Shown piece after piece: positions 12,531 through 24,444 of a DNA stretch of 63,403 nt. The stretch is from positions 53,589-116,991 of the forward strand of contig NMRA01000861.1 of assembly GCA_002633005.1 (NCBI GenBank), written 5' to 3'. The position numbers and the translations under genes are program-made. Positions within the stretch are counted from its first letter, which is position 1, and every line of letters starts with the position of its first letter. Origin of the DNA: Phoronis australis. Lineage: Eukaryota; Animalia; Phoronida. A model generated the notes under the pieces. That model was not told where the DNA came from. It ran no database searches and saw only the letters and a program-made list of their open reading frames with translations.

Positions 12531-13015
12531 TCACAACTAAAGCGCTGTTTTCCCATGATAGAATTATCTGGCAAAATGGGAAATGTTTGCAAGTAAATTC
12601 ATTATTATAAGGTAAAACTTCTCAGGTTTAGGCCAGTGAAAAATTTTTTATTTTGCTCCAGATTGTAGCTTGAACCACATTTCATGTTGGAAATAAATTC
12701 AAGAATTATGATAAATGACAAATAATCATTTTTGTGTTATACACTATGATGGAGACACACGGAATGTAGCACTGGCAGCAACTTTTTAAAATTTCATGAA
12801 CTGCAAAGTCAATTTTCAGACTGTTGATAGGCAATGCAGTCAATTTTCAGACAAAACTGAGACGATACAATACCCGATATTTGAGAAATATGATGAACAA
12901 CATGTCTACGTCCCAATGTTTAAAATCAGGAAAATTCAATTTCAGATTAATTTTCGGAAAATTCCAAGTTAAAAAGCCTGTTCAAAATGGGAGATTTTTT
13001 ACCACAGTATGTTAC

Positions 13016-13137
13016 CTTCTTTCCTACATGTCTCAAGCCTAAAGCCAGCTGGGTAGAGACCGTGCTTTTACCAACGCCGCCTTTACCAGATAGTACTAGT
13101 ATTATGTGTTTCACCGACAACAAGTTGTTAATATCAC
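13016..13137 (-). CDS. NUBP2: NUBP2 exon with Walker A; the upstream start exon was not located
   Basis: Hand translation (G)[40 protein letters not shown]; ttcaag acceptor, gtaac donor; 122 nt. Confidence 0.93.
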
Positions 13138-13569
13138 CTTGAACAACAAAAACAAAAGATAGAGCTTAAATACATTGACGATTATTTACACAGTTTTGGA
13201 TAAAATTATATGATTTCAAAATTGAAATTTTGCTTTTCCAATTTTACTTCATTGTTAGTATGAGGTGTTCAAGGTCATCTAATAATAATTTGAGCCTTAA
13301 AGAATTACAACAAAAAAACAAATGGAAGTGGTATTTTTCCTAAACTAAAAATTTGTTCCACGTGTCCCTGATAAAACATTTGTAGGTTAAGGTAGAATCC
13401 AACGAATTCTTAGAATAGTCGGATAGGTGGCTTCATCAATTAAAATTGATTTGAGAACCAGTTACTATCACTGCATAACAAAATTAGTTAACTTATGAAA
13501 ATATATATCTTATGCTTTTAGGCTCCGTGGTAGCTTACTGCCATATTTATAAGCATGTTTCATCAACTG

Positions 13570-14200
13570 ACTACAGCCAGGTCTTACATCTAGAATTCCA
13601 ATACGCCGAGCAGAAGCCGGGGGAATCTATTGAGAATTGGGCATGTAGGTTAAATAAGTTATTTTTAAAAGCCTTCCCAAACCCTTCGGAGCAAGAAAAA
13701 GAAGATCTTGTTTTCCGGTTCTCCCTTCGGTTACGAGACAAGGTAGTAGGTACGCAGGTGATGAATTCATCTCCTTCGTCCCTAGCTGAGGCAGAGTCCA
13801 AGGCTGCATGGTTTGCTATGACCAAGCGATTGATGGCCAATCAAAACTGTCGGTCTGTTTGGTTCGAGGGCTCACCATCGTGTCCAGACGATGCTTCGGT
13901 CAACCTGGTTTCACAGCAGAAAAAGCCTGCCTTAAAGTTTTCTCCACTAGCATCCTCTGACTCAAGCTCTGCGGTTGAGTCTAGGCTACATGCTTTGGAG
14001 TCTCAGATGGCTAAGGTCAACTCCGAAATATGAGGTCTTAAAGGAGACAACGGGAACTTAAAAGTATGTCCCAGACTATGAGTTCAAATTTTAGGGGCAT
14101 TACCTCAGATTTGTCGAGGGTATTAAAGGTACTGGATTCTAATCCCAGGCCATCTAAATCCCCTCCAGTAGTATGTTTTAGAGTGCAGGGCTTGGAATGA
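13570..14200 (+). pseudogene. Ty3/Gypsy-type Gag fragment (capsid C-lobe, coiled coil, eroded knuckle)
   Basis: FQYAEQKPGESIENWACRL..L..KAFP...FRFSLRLRD resembles the Gag major homology region; VESRLHALESQMAKV coil; VVCFR remnant at ~14170. Confidence 0.7.
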
Positions 14201-14329
14201 CCAATGACAAAAAACGCGGAAACTTTTACGGCCCAAATCATGCCCGATAACTAGCCTTGAAATGATCAATGTGAACCTTTCCTCGACAAAAATCGGGAGG
14301 ACTAAAAAAAAAAAGTTACCACCATCAGT

Positions 14330-15124
14330 AGCAGTCCTCGATTTGGCTATAGATACCCATTTCCATTTGGATCGCTTGTCAGCATCCTGGGCTCAGCCAC
14401 ATCTCTCTAAGACTAGGATGCTGACGATAGACCAAATGCTCACCGCCCAGCTGCCACGGGCTTCTCAGAAGCCTGTACAGTTGGTCGGTGGGATTGAAGT
14501 TTTCTGCGATGTGGAAAACTGGAAGTAGGTCGAGGCTTCGCGTTTTCCACATGGCTGGAAAGCTGTGATGGGTATCCACCCCAAACAGGTTGGAACAACG
14601 AATCCCGGTGTTCTAGAGCGTCTCCCCCAGCTACAAAAGGAGGCCTTTGTAGGTGAGGTCGGTCTCGATGCCCGGGATGATTTGTCCACCCCAAAAGAAG
14701 CTTTGGAGGAGATGGTGCGGATCTTTCCGGAGGTCCGGGCCAGTTCCTTCAACCTTCACGGTTCTCCCGGCAATCCACGCTTCCAGGAGGGCCAGGACTT
14801 TGACCTCCTGAAGCACCACTGTGGTGCAGACTTGGATTTGCATCTCCATTGTTTTGTAGGTGCGCCTGAGGATGTACTTCGGTGGTTGGGGGACTTCAGA
14901 AACTGCCATTTCGATTTTGGCGGACATGTAAAGCGGTTTCTAAACTTCCAATAATAAGAGGTTCTGCTGAATCAACTTCTAGAGTCCGATTCACCGCCTC
15001 GCCATTGGGCAAGCCCCAATGGTGCCCCAATACCTGGGCGAAGTGGCTATGGAGGTAGCGCAGCATTCTCGTCGTTCGCTGCGCAACATCCACCAGGAAC
15101 GCCAGGCGGCTTTACCAACGCTAA
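14330..15124 (+). pseudogene. Intronless TatD-family nuclease with stops and frameshifts
   Basis: IDTHFHLD, GIHP, VGEVGLD, HLHCF and LLESDSP in one frame through stops; after frameshifts, YLGEVAMEVA and NARRLYQR*. Confidence 0.85.
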
Positions 15125-15596
15125 CAAATTGTTACAGGGGGGTATAGCATCCTGGTGTGCCTGGCTCATAACTTACTAAAGTAGGGGGTGGGCGGTTAAC
15201 TGAGCATGGGCGTTAACCCGAACGATTACGGTATGCCCAACGTTTTCTCCTAGTCGTTTGGGTAATTGCCCGTTATTGTAAATTCTGAGGCTGATTACGG
15301 TCTCTGGGTTTGTGCCCTACCCTTGGTCCTAGGAGAATTGTGGTGTCCTTTTAAGTAGTTATAAGTAATTAAATAGCAAATTGGCCTATTATTTTTATGT
15401 AGTAGTGTTTATTCGTTAAACCTATACATTTGCCATAAGTTATGTTTCCATACTATATGTAGTCTATTTATATTATCCAAGACTATACTTCCTATAGTAT
15501 TATGTTTTGGTTGGTGCTACGTAGTTTATTTTTGTTAAGTTTATGTTGTTTAAGTTGTTTTCCATATAGTCTATGTATGTTAAGAAAGACTATATC

Positions 15597-15757
15597 ATTT
15601 TTTATACAATATTAGCCTCGAATGGCAGATACAGCCATGTAATAACCCACAAAGTTATCTCACTCGCGAGATAACATTTTGGCGGGAAACCGAGGCCGGA
15701 TTCGAACCCGGGCCTCAAGAGTTGCGAGTCGCCGACTTTACCACTATACCACTCAGC
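15597..15757 (-). mobile_element. tRNA-derived SINE
   Basis: A box TGGTATAGTGG and B box GGTTCGAATCC with tRNA spacing; D and anticodon stems do not pair; ~90 nt unrelated body ending in an A run. Confidence 0.6.
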
Positions 15758-17009
15758 GGCTGACATCATCGAACGTGAAAATGGAATACTTAAATGAGCA
15801 CGCGCAACAATCGCATGTTTAGCAAAGGGCATTGCACTGACATTTATACACTATGAAAAATGAGACACATAATTTCCATAAAAACAATATAATTTTAATT
15901 CCGCGAAATTTTTCTCTCGTGTTCTCTCACTTGTAAATCACCGATCTCCAATTTGAATGCGGGTATCGTGTCGTCGGGATCCTTTGACTTGAGCATTACA
16001 TTCAGTTACTAGTGGTTACCTACTTTAGCAGACGATATTTTCCGGGTCGAAGCTTAGCATGATGAAATGTGTAGTGAGCTATAATAGTTGCTAAACCTTA
16101 ATTTATAGATTCACTTTATTTCTATTTTGTTTCATTTTTCAATTGGTTTTGAGTAAAATCATTATTTGACAAAAAATAGCTAGACTTTTTCTTAAAAGGT
16201 CACGACCTCCGACCCCGGGCCTCTGACATAGAAAGTAGTTACAAAGCCGAGGCTAATCAAGAAAAGTAAATCGATTCATTGCAATGTTTCTCGTCCAGTA
16301 TGTGGTATAAATAGATTATTACGTTATCAGTCCTTATCCTCCGTTATCTACAGCCCAAGTGGATTTTGGAGAATTATCGCCCTCGGGGCGTTCGCCATGT
16401 AATAATCTATTATATCACTACTAAAGTATTATAATACTCATTTTATTGGCCAGTATGCTTTTCATCGTTCAGTTCCTTCTTAGCTTTTAAAAAACGAATG
16501 TATGTATATTCTCACCAGGTCATCACCAACAATCAGAGTGTTGTCATATCATAGTCCAGAATTTCCATGCCCCCCTGGTACTTATATTAGTGAGGCATAT
16601 TTTTGTTTTTATTTCTTTTTTATTCGTGTCCGACTCCTCCGTTGGATATATGCTATGACTGCATGTGTCTCTTTAGTTTTCATGTTTTTTTTAGTAGGGG
16701 GGAGAATAGTTATATTTAAATTTATTCAGAATAGTCATGATCAGAAATTGGTACTTTACTAGGGTCACTCCACATCATTTTAGTTATAGGATTTAAAGTC
16801 ATATGACCCATTTTTAGACGTTTTAAAAACATCGTGAATCTGCATAAAAACCATTGAAACGTACTCTCTGACACTTAATTAGAACTTTTCGTAAGTATGC
16901 GGTCGATCTGCTGCCTGCACATATTTTTTCTTTTATTTTTTATTTTCTTGAAATCTGCGTGATCAAAACAAACAAATGTTGCCCATAATGCTGTGCAGTT
17001 TGACCTTTC

Positions 17010-17079
17010 GGCAACTTCCGAGACAAATCGTCAGCTGTTTCCGGTACTGCTTCGAAGAACAGAAGTTCACCTTAACCAG
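17010..17079 (+). promoter_or_regulatory. Candidate promoter / non-coding first exon of a plus-strand gene, divergent from NUBP2
   Basis: CpG-enriched, ETS-like ACTTCCG and TTTCCGG, donor CAG|gtaatt at 17080. Confidence 0.4.
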
Positions 17080-17737
17080 GTAATTTATTCGTTTCTTAAA
17101 CATTTTGATGACGATATTGCTCCCTGTATGAGCAGAACAGTCTATTACTCTTAGAATTAGATGAAACCATTACCAGTGGGAAAATTACGTACTGAATTCG
17201 ATAGTAATCATTGGGCTCTAGTCGAATCTGCAGTGGTATCCTAGCCAGCCAGCTAGTGGTATCAAAATACAGCCAGATGCCACTGTGTGTTTTTCTTCAA
17301 TAGACCCCGAAATTCACACAGCCAGGGTAGTATCTTTAGTATACAGATTTGTACCAAGGCTAGCCGTAGCCCTAGGCCTATCAATGCTGTGACTGAAAAA
17401 GAGTGTAATGTTATTGTGGTTGGATAGACCCTGTTTGTCACTCGATGGTCGTGAGTTGAATTCTATCTCCTGGCAGTTTTCAGACTTTGGACTTGAATTG
17501 CAAAATTATTCATGGTTCTTCATTCACCAGGGACTATATACTCTACTTGTATATTGTACTAGCAGGGGCACATTGGCGGATTTAAGGGGGGGGGGGCAAG
17601 GGGGCAAACTTGGGAAGTGCTGGTAGGCTGAAGGTTGTTGCGAGAAAAGTGAGATCATACAAAACCATGGTTGGGAATGGGATGCAACAAATTTGATGCC
17701 TGTTCTTCGTTGAAGAAATCTGGTTCTCAAATTACAG

Positions 17738-17805
17738 GACACTGGGAGTGGTCACATCATTACAGGACAATATACTATGAATGGGACCTCCTCAAAGGCA
17801 AAAGG
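17738..17805 (+). CDS. Candidate exon of an unidentified gene
   Basis: ttacag acceptor, GG|gtataag donor; DTGSGHIITGQYTMNGTSSKAK(G); phase fits the 21029 exon. Confidence 0.3.
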
Positions 17806-18019
17806 GTATAAGCCAAAGGCAGATCAATAGGAGCATTAATAAAGGTCGAGCAGGTTATATCTTGTACTATCAGTGATATGGTCTCCATTGGGTAAATAAA
17901 GGGCTAGGGACAGGGTAATTTGAGTGTGTGACTAGGCCCTTGCAGACTCACTTTATCAAGAACACAATCCATCAGTTTACATGGCAGAGGGCCTAAAGAG
18001 TGCTTCGAAAAATCATCTA

Positions 18020-18420
18020 TCTTCCTTGAATGTCAGCTGTTACAGAGTTCTAGCATCAGCTTCCGGACGACCATTCACACAAACCAGAACCTATCGTGAC
18101 CACTACAGATCCTCCACCTGTCCTGAGCTCTTCCGAGCCCTCCCCTGCTGCAGAACCACTCGGGAACGTCGCAAGCCCGCCTGGCAGGATGATTTCGTTA
18201 CTTCATAATACATTACTCCCTCCATAACTTAGGGGGAGGTAGAGAATTATATGATAGTTCACACTATAACCACTAGGTGTCTCTGTAGCTAGCTTCCCAC
18301 CATATTGTCTGTTAGAGTATGATCTCATATCCGAGTGAGTGCATGTGTAGTAGTTCAGAGAATTAAATGTTACGTAATACACCCCCAATATGAGGAATTG
18401 TAGTAAACATGTTTGTTCAG
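18020..18420 (+). mobile_element. 3' end of a separate LTR retrotransposon (pol tail, PPT, LTR start)
   Basis: RTTRERRKPAWQDDFVTS* resembles pol C-terminal tails and is followed by the purine tract TTAGGGGGAGG at ~18229. Confidence 0.5.
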
Positions 18421-18427
18421 TATATCC

Positions 18428-20010
18428 TGTTATGATTCATGTATGTCACTATATAAGTATATGATCGCATGGATTGTAACAAAATGTAGTATCAGTAGAA
18501 GAGTATGTAATAAAACTATTATCCTCCTTCAGACTAGTATTATCCTTGGACTGCGTTCTCGCACTGCGTCGCGCATTCAACGTTTCTAACCGAACAGAAT
18601 GCCTTCCACTGCTAGCACATCAACAGGTTATGGGCCCAGCACGGCCAGCAGTTCCAGCATTAGCGTGAGTAAAAGTTCAGGAAGACTGAGTCGGCTGTGT
18701 TTTGATGGAGATGAAAGAAGGTATGAACTGTGGGAAATTAAGTTTCTCGGACATTTGAAATCGGTAGATCTGCAAGCGACAATTGAATCCGACGCGGAAA
18801 CCGTCGATGATGAGAAGAATGAAGAAGCATTCTGTGAACTAGTTCAATACTTGGACGACAAAAGGTTGAACTTAATAATTCGAGATGTGAAAAGTGACGG
18901 CTGTGAGGCACTCAAGGTTTTACGAGAACATTATACGGGGTGCAGTAAACCAAGAATAATTGGGCTATACAGCAAACTGACGGCACTAAAAATGCAAGCA
19001 AATGAGTCTGTGACAGACTATCTGATCAGGGCAGAATGTGCCGCAACTTACCTGCGAACAGCGGAAGAGGTTATAAGCGATAGCCTGTTGATCGCAATGG
19101 CCATGAAGGGATTACCAGAAAAATTCGGACCCTTCATCGTTAATGTGTCTCAGAACACAGATAAAATAGCGTTTGGAGACTTCAAAGTGAAGTTAAAGTC
19201 TTTTGAAGAAAATGAAAATGCGAGACAACACAGAAGACTCCGTAATGAGGTCGGTGACCTACCGACGGAAGAAACCAGTGGGCACAAGGCACAAGATTGC
19301 AGAACTCGAACAAGATGGTGCAGACTGTGTAAAAACAGCTCCCACAACTTCGAGGATTGCCGAAGAAGGAAAGGCACAAGTAAAGCCCACAAAGCAGCTG
19401 AGGAGCAAGACCAGCAGGGAAGTAGATTTAATGATTTCAGTTTTAAGGTTAGCGATGATCGATGTTAGTAAACAAGCTGTTAGTTGATACTGGGGCAACA
19501 TCCCATATTGTTACAGACAGGTCCAAGTTTAAATGTTTTGATGAGAACTTTTCACTGCATAGAATTGGCAGATGGGACTAGGACAACTGGTATAGCACAG
19601 GCACGTGGTGATGTTGACATTAGGATAATAGACGGTAAGGGCAGTGTCATCTGTTCCACATTGACAAATGTTTTATACATACCAAGCTATCCACAGGAAT
19701 TATTCTCTGTCCAGGCTGCTGTTGCTAATGGAGCTTCAGTGATTTTTGAATCAGAAAATGCAAAATTAATTGCTCGTGATGGGACAGAATTTGAAATTGA
19801 AAAAGGTGGAAAATTTTATTATTTGGATTATTTGGATGTATTAGTTTCTGACACAGCAAAAAAGTCAGAGAGCATGACCTGTGTACATGGCACAAAATTT
19901 TTGGCCATTGTAACAATGATGACGTATTGAGATTAGAAACAGTTGTTAGAGGTATGAAAATTACTGACAAGGCTAAGGTGGATTGTGACGTTTGTACTCA
20001 GGGGAAAATG
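18428..20010 (+). mobile_element. Ty1/Copia 5' half (GalEa-like): LTR, PBS, gag, protease, GAG-pre-integrase; truncated
   Basis: TGTT...AACA LTR ending at 18625 (start uncertain); PBS GGTTATGGGCCCAG 18626-18639 (half-tRNA-iMet type); FDGDERRYELWEIKFLG, CRLCKNSSHNFEDC, a DTGATSH-like remnant, LTNVLYIPS, CDVCTQGKM. Confidence 0.88.
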
Positions 20011-20535
20011 TCCTCAGTAGCCGCCTCGTTTCTCTCATCAGCTGCCTGTGCCAATGCGTACTCTACCTCGTTATACTCGGGCTCAAACATGTACCCACCC
20101 ACTGAATGTCCGTGAAAAAATTCCTCGTCACCACTGCTGTGAACAAGGTCTCCGTCACTCACACTACTGTCACTGTGATACGGTTCACCGACTCCAGCCA
20201 TTTTCAGCTTACAACACACTAAACAATCCCTAAATCCAATGCAGTTGAGTTCTCTACTAACCTATCTTGCCGCAGAATACTCGCCGATGGAAAGTGGTGG
20301 CGACAATTGTTGAAAAACAGCACAAAACTAAAGCAGAATAGAACAGATTCGCACGGTAAAGTCAACGCAAAACCAAGTGGTGGGAAACGCTTGCCTCCTA
20401 AAACGTCACTTCCGGAGTAGCGGACAAGTAATTTATAAAATTACGAAAAGCTGTAATTACGTGGAAAATATGTCTAGGATAACCAACCAACCTTATTTTA
20501 GCTCAAAGTGACATGGAAAAAGGTTGCCTTCGCCT
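20010..20535 (-). mobile_element. Kolobok family B terminal fragment with the start of an accessory (KolX-like) ORF
   Basis: Ends GGTTGCCTTCGCCT then TTAA; ~150 bp similar to the ends of 45803-47114; inward acidic ORF with GYMFEPEY. Confidence 0.65.
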
Positions 20536-20748
20536 TTAAAGACTAGCTATGGATTATTGGCAGGTTCATGATAAGGTCCGGTTATAGTCAAACTAAACAA
20601 TAAAACACATTCCTTATTTTAGTTTTGTTTATTTTTTATCTGAAATTTAAGTATAAATACCAAAATAGCCATAACAATGGATTGCCTACAGTGCATTCTA
20701 TAAGGTATGTATAAATATATCTTTCAGTAAGACATGGAAAAATGTCCT

Positions 20749-20925
20749 GAGCAGTTTGTCCCGTCAGCACGCCATATTTTTGGTCACATCACGTGACCTA
20801 ATGAATATCAATCCAAAAAGATTTCTGCCCCCGTCCCTGTCTAGGGCAGAAATCTTTTCGGACTTACAGTCATTTGATCACGTGATGTGACCAAAAAGAT
20901 GGCGTGCTGACGAGACAAACTGTTC
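20749..20925. repeat. ~177 bp near-palindrome (foldback MITE)
   Basis: GAGCAGTTTGTCCCGTCAGCACGCCAT..GGTCACATCACGTGA is mirrored by TCACGTGATGTGACC..ATGGCGTGCTGACGAGACAAACTGTTC. Confidence 0.85.
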
Positions 20926-21028
20926 GCATTCTGTATAAGGTATTCAGCTTTTGAAGTACACTTGTTAATGAAGAATTTTTCTCTTATACATGGCTATGAA
21001 GAAAATTTTATTTTGATTTTTGATTCAG

Positions 21029-21154
21029 GAGTTTTGGTTTCTTCGTCATAAATGAGGAACTGGCAAAAGTCTACTGTAATGATGTGCTGGCCTTCGACAA
21101 AGGTACCAACTACAACAAAAGGCACCTACCCCAACATATTTTCGCAATGCAAGG
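21029..21154 (+). CDS. Candidate exon of an unidentified gene
   Basis: T-rich tract and ttcag acceptor, GG|gttatg donor; open frame SFGFFVINEELAKVYCNDVLAFDKGTNYNKRHLPQHIFAMQG. Confidence 0.45.
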
Positions 21155-21487
21155 GTTATGTTACAAATCGTACTGCTTTATCTACTTTGCTTGCAGTCAA
21201 ACAAATTATGTTATTTACTCAGGCAACATATTTTATGTGTCTAATGCATATATTGGTTTTGTCTACTACTTAGTACTCAGATAAATGTGATTTCTTTGTG
21301 GTACTAATAAACAAAATTTATGCCCAATACCATTTCTTAGTTTCATACTGAAAATCGGATGAAGACTTAAATGTGATGAAACAGAACTGGTAAAGTTGAT
21401 CCAAACCAACATTCCATCAACAATAAAGTAATTTAATTTATACCATTTTCCGCATTAGACCTCCGATCAATAAATTTCTTTACCCAG

Positions 21488-21566
21488 GTGGGGATGGGTT
21501 TCTTGGCTTGTAACAAATTCACCTACAGAAAATGACAAGCTGTTTCAAGGAAACTTGATAAACTGA
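21488..21566 (+). CDS. Candidate terminal exon of the same gene
   Basis: tttctttacccag acceptor; in phase: WGWVSWLVTNSPTENDKLFQGNLIN*. Confidence 0.4.
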
Positions 21567-24444
21567 GGTTTGAGATATAACGAACTATCAGTTCTTTCTA
21601 ATTGTACTTGAGTAAGGAATGTGCCAAGACAATGAATAGTCAAAATCAAGCGTTGGTTTAATTGAAGGAAGGCAGGTTTATAGCAGCTTTAACATCAATG
21701 ACAATCACATTAATGAACAAAATGAAGTTTCACTGCCAAAGTTTAACCTGTATAACATCAAATGCATTTCACTGCAGCAATTCTCAACACAACAGAAATG
21801 TAAATGCAAACAAGAGTTGCTGCATGACAAGTAACTAATCGAAATATGTTTGAGGTCATGGACACATTTATTTTAATTACGTAGTCAATTCGCACAGCCA
21901 CGTGGATCAACAAAAGCCAATGATGATGATTGATAGACTCAACATGAACCAAGTTACATGAACACTTCAATTACAAAGTAGGTACTGTATCACAGTTTTG
22001 GAGTCAAATGTAGGCAAACAGTGGTCAAGGATTGTTGGTTTACATATATAAAAAGTAAAATGTCAGTCTTATATGCTGTACGGTAAATGAGTAAGATCAA
22101 AAATATAGCCATGTCCTTTTGTATTGACAACAGTCTATATCCATATCAAGCTACTGTGCAAAGATGACTTTAAAATTAGTGTCAAATGTTCACTGAAGCA
22201 GTGATAGTTTCTTTTGATAGATCAAATAACATTTGTTGTCATTGCAAACCATTGATCGTCAAGGCAATGAACTGGGTGGCCCTGGAAGTCGTGTCAAGAT
22301 TGTGCACGCCTTGTTTTTCTCTCAAGCATCTGCTAATTATGGACACCGATGGCACTGGAGTATAGACCTTTCTTAATCCTTGACAGCATTACTCTTGGAT
22401 TTCTCAATGAAGTACCTATGAAGCCTGTAAGTGTAAAATATTGTGAAAAGTTACAATATAATTGACCACTGAAACACTAAAACCAAAGATACAGTGCAAA
22501 GAAAACCACCATTGGGTACGAGTAATGATAACTGTATCTATACCACCAACTGAATGCTAGTATCAACAAGTGTGAGAGGTTGCAAGTTAGAAAGATGGTG
22601 CAAGAACTAATGCACGTATTGCCACTTGACTCTTTGTATAAATCTTCAACACAGTATAACTTTTGAAGGCTATTACAAAACACTTTATGGTTTAAGTGGA
22701 TCCTAGAGTTCTAAGACAAGAAATTGAACTCATGGCAACATGGTTATGTCCCAAGTGCTACTCAGCAGCCGTTGTATGAATATGTTACCACACAACTGTT
22801 TTATCAAGCCCAAACAATGGTCATACTATTATCGTCTTTTAACAAGCAGTAAGAAACCTACATTGAGAGACAATAGAGTTACATTTTCACAGAAAAATTA
22901 CTGCGACTATAAACCCTGTTATCTGCGCAACTTCACTTATGATTTTAACCACTTTCCACATTCAGATGAGAAATAAGTTTTGGTATTGCAAAGAACTGTC
23001 AGTTCATTATGGTTGTGACCATGTCAGGTGAATGAAATGGCTTGCTGTGACACGTCATCCTAAAGAAACTCTCAAGTAGTAACAAATTGGTGGAGATTTT
23101 CAAGCCCAAAGTTCACACCTATTTTTACCGAGGAACAATTCGAGATCAATATCATACTAATGGTACAAGGTCTAAATGAACAGTTGGTTTTCGTGACATA
23201 AGGCATGCCTATATCTACTTTAAATTCCAATAGAGCATAGAGCCTTTACAAGAGCAGACACAAACCTTTGATCCAGTTTGTGAGGATGGAGGTGACAAAG
23301 AAGATAAGGACAAGGGTGAAAAACAGCTCTGAATCCCTGCAAGACGACAATAGTGGCCTTTGTAAGAAGACATTCAGTTTAAAATTTATTCTGAGGCCTC
23401 TACACCGGAAACTCAGTCTTGTACATATGAATCTGAAACAGTGACATTGAATCGACAGATGGAATCGTAAAAGGGCAAATTTTCAAAATAAGGTTTTTAG
23501 AAATCGTGATTGCTCCCCACACCAAAAATGATGCACAGAATTTCAACCAGCAGCTGGAGTTCGCTTGCATTTATACTAGTTGTAAGCGAGTTGAAAATTT
23601 TCACATGCAAATTAGTTACATTACAACTGTTCTTTGCTCAACTGGACATCCTCCAAAGCACTGATACATTAGAATAAAAATATCACACTGCAGTAGGGTT
23701 TACACAAACCTAACATAAATAATTCATTCAGACAAATGAAACACTGTTTCGTGCATTTCAATGTGCATTTTCATGTTCTAATGTGGAACAGCAATGATAA
23801 CAACATCTGCGAAGTGCACTCATCCTTCAAAAATATCGCTACTATTTGTCTGGTAAGCAGCTTGGCTGTATTCATAAGTTTAGGTGTAAAAGTCTAGGTC
23901 CAAGCAGTTTTTTTAGTAAAAGAGCTCGCTACAGGGGGTTATTTTGAAAACACAGATATGTAAATGCTTTGATCTACGTACTTTTGTAAAAAGTCAGTGT
24001 GAGGGGTTGCTGGTGCATGGTGGTAGGGGTAATGCGTCGTTAGAATCCCCAACACTCCGAAATATTGGGAACCCCATTTTGGACACCCTATTTTCGAAAT
24101 CCTGGGTGAATCAATGAATAGAAATTGAACATGCTTTAAACAAGGAATGTTTAAATACTGTAAATATCTTTGGATAGGATTGTGAGTTGTGAGTTGAATA
24201 AAATGTGAAATGTCGCTCTGCGAGATATTAAGGAAATGAATGAAACAATACCTCAAGGTTTTTTCAGGTAATGACCAGTCTGGGACTCATGCAAAGAAGT
24301 TTGTAGAGGGCGTTGTCTAAACCACTCATTCTGAAAGTATAGATAACAAAGGAGGGTTTAAATACAATTTGTCTCATTTTACCAGGAGCAATCACAAGAT
24401 TTAAGAATGTACTTTCAGTCAATTTGACAAACCTTTATGCTTAA

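Noticed and set aside
15689-15757. Functional tRNA gene
   Set aside because: A and B boxes are present but the D and anticodon arms do not fold, and a SINE-like body and tail follow
16516-16570. NUBP2 first exon (gtgag donor)
   Set aside because: The required phase-1 frame contains stops
21110-21150. Myosin LPPHIFA-like motif
   Set aside because: Isolated similarity; the flanking exons do not resemble a myosin motor
22995-23062. Intronic C/D snoRNA on the minus strand (GGATGA...CTGA...CTGA)
   Set aside because: Imperfect C box, no convincing terminal stem and no rRNA complement that I could recognise
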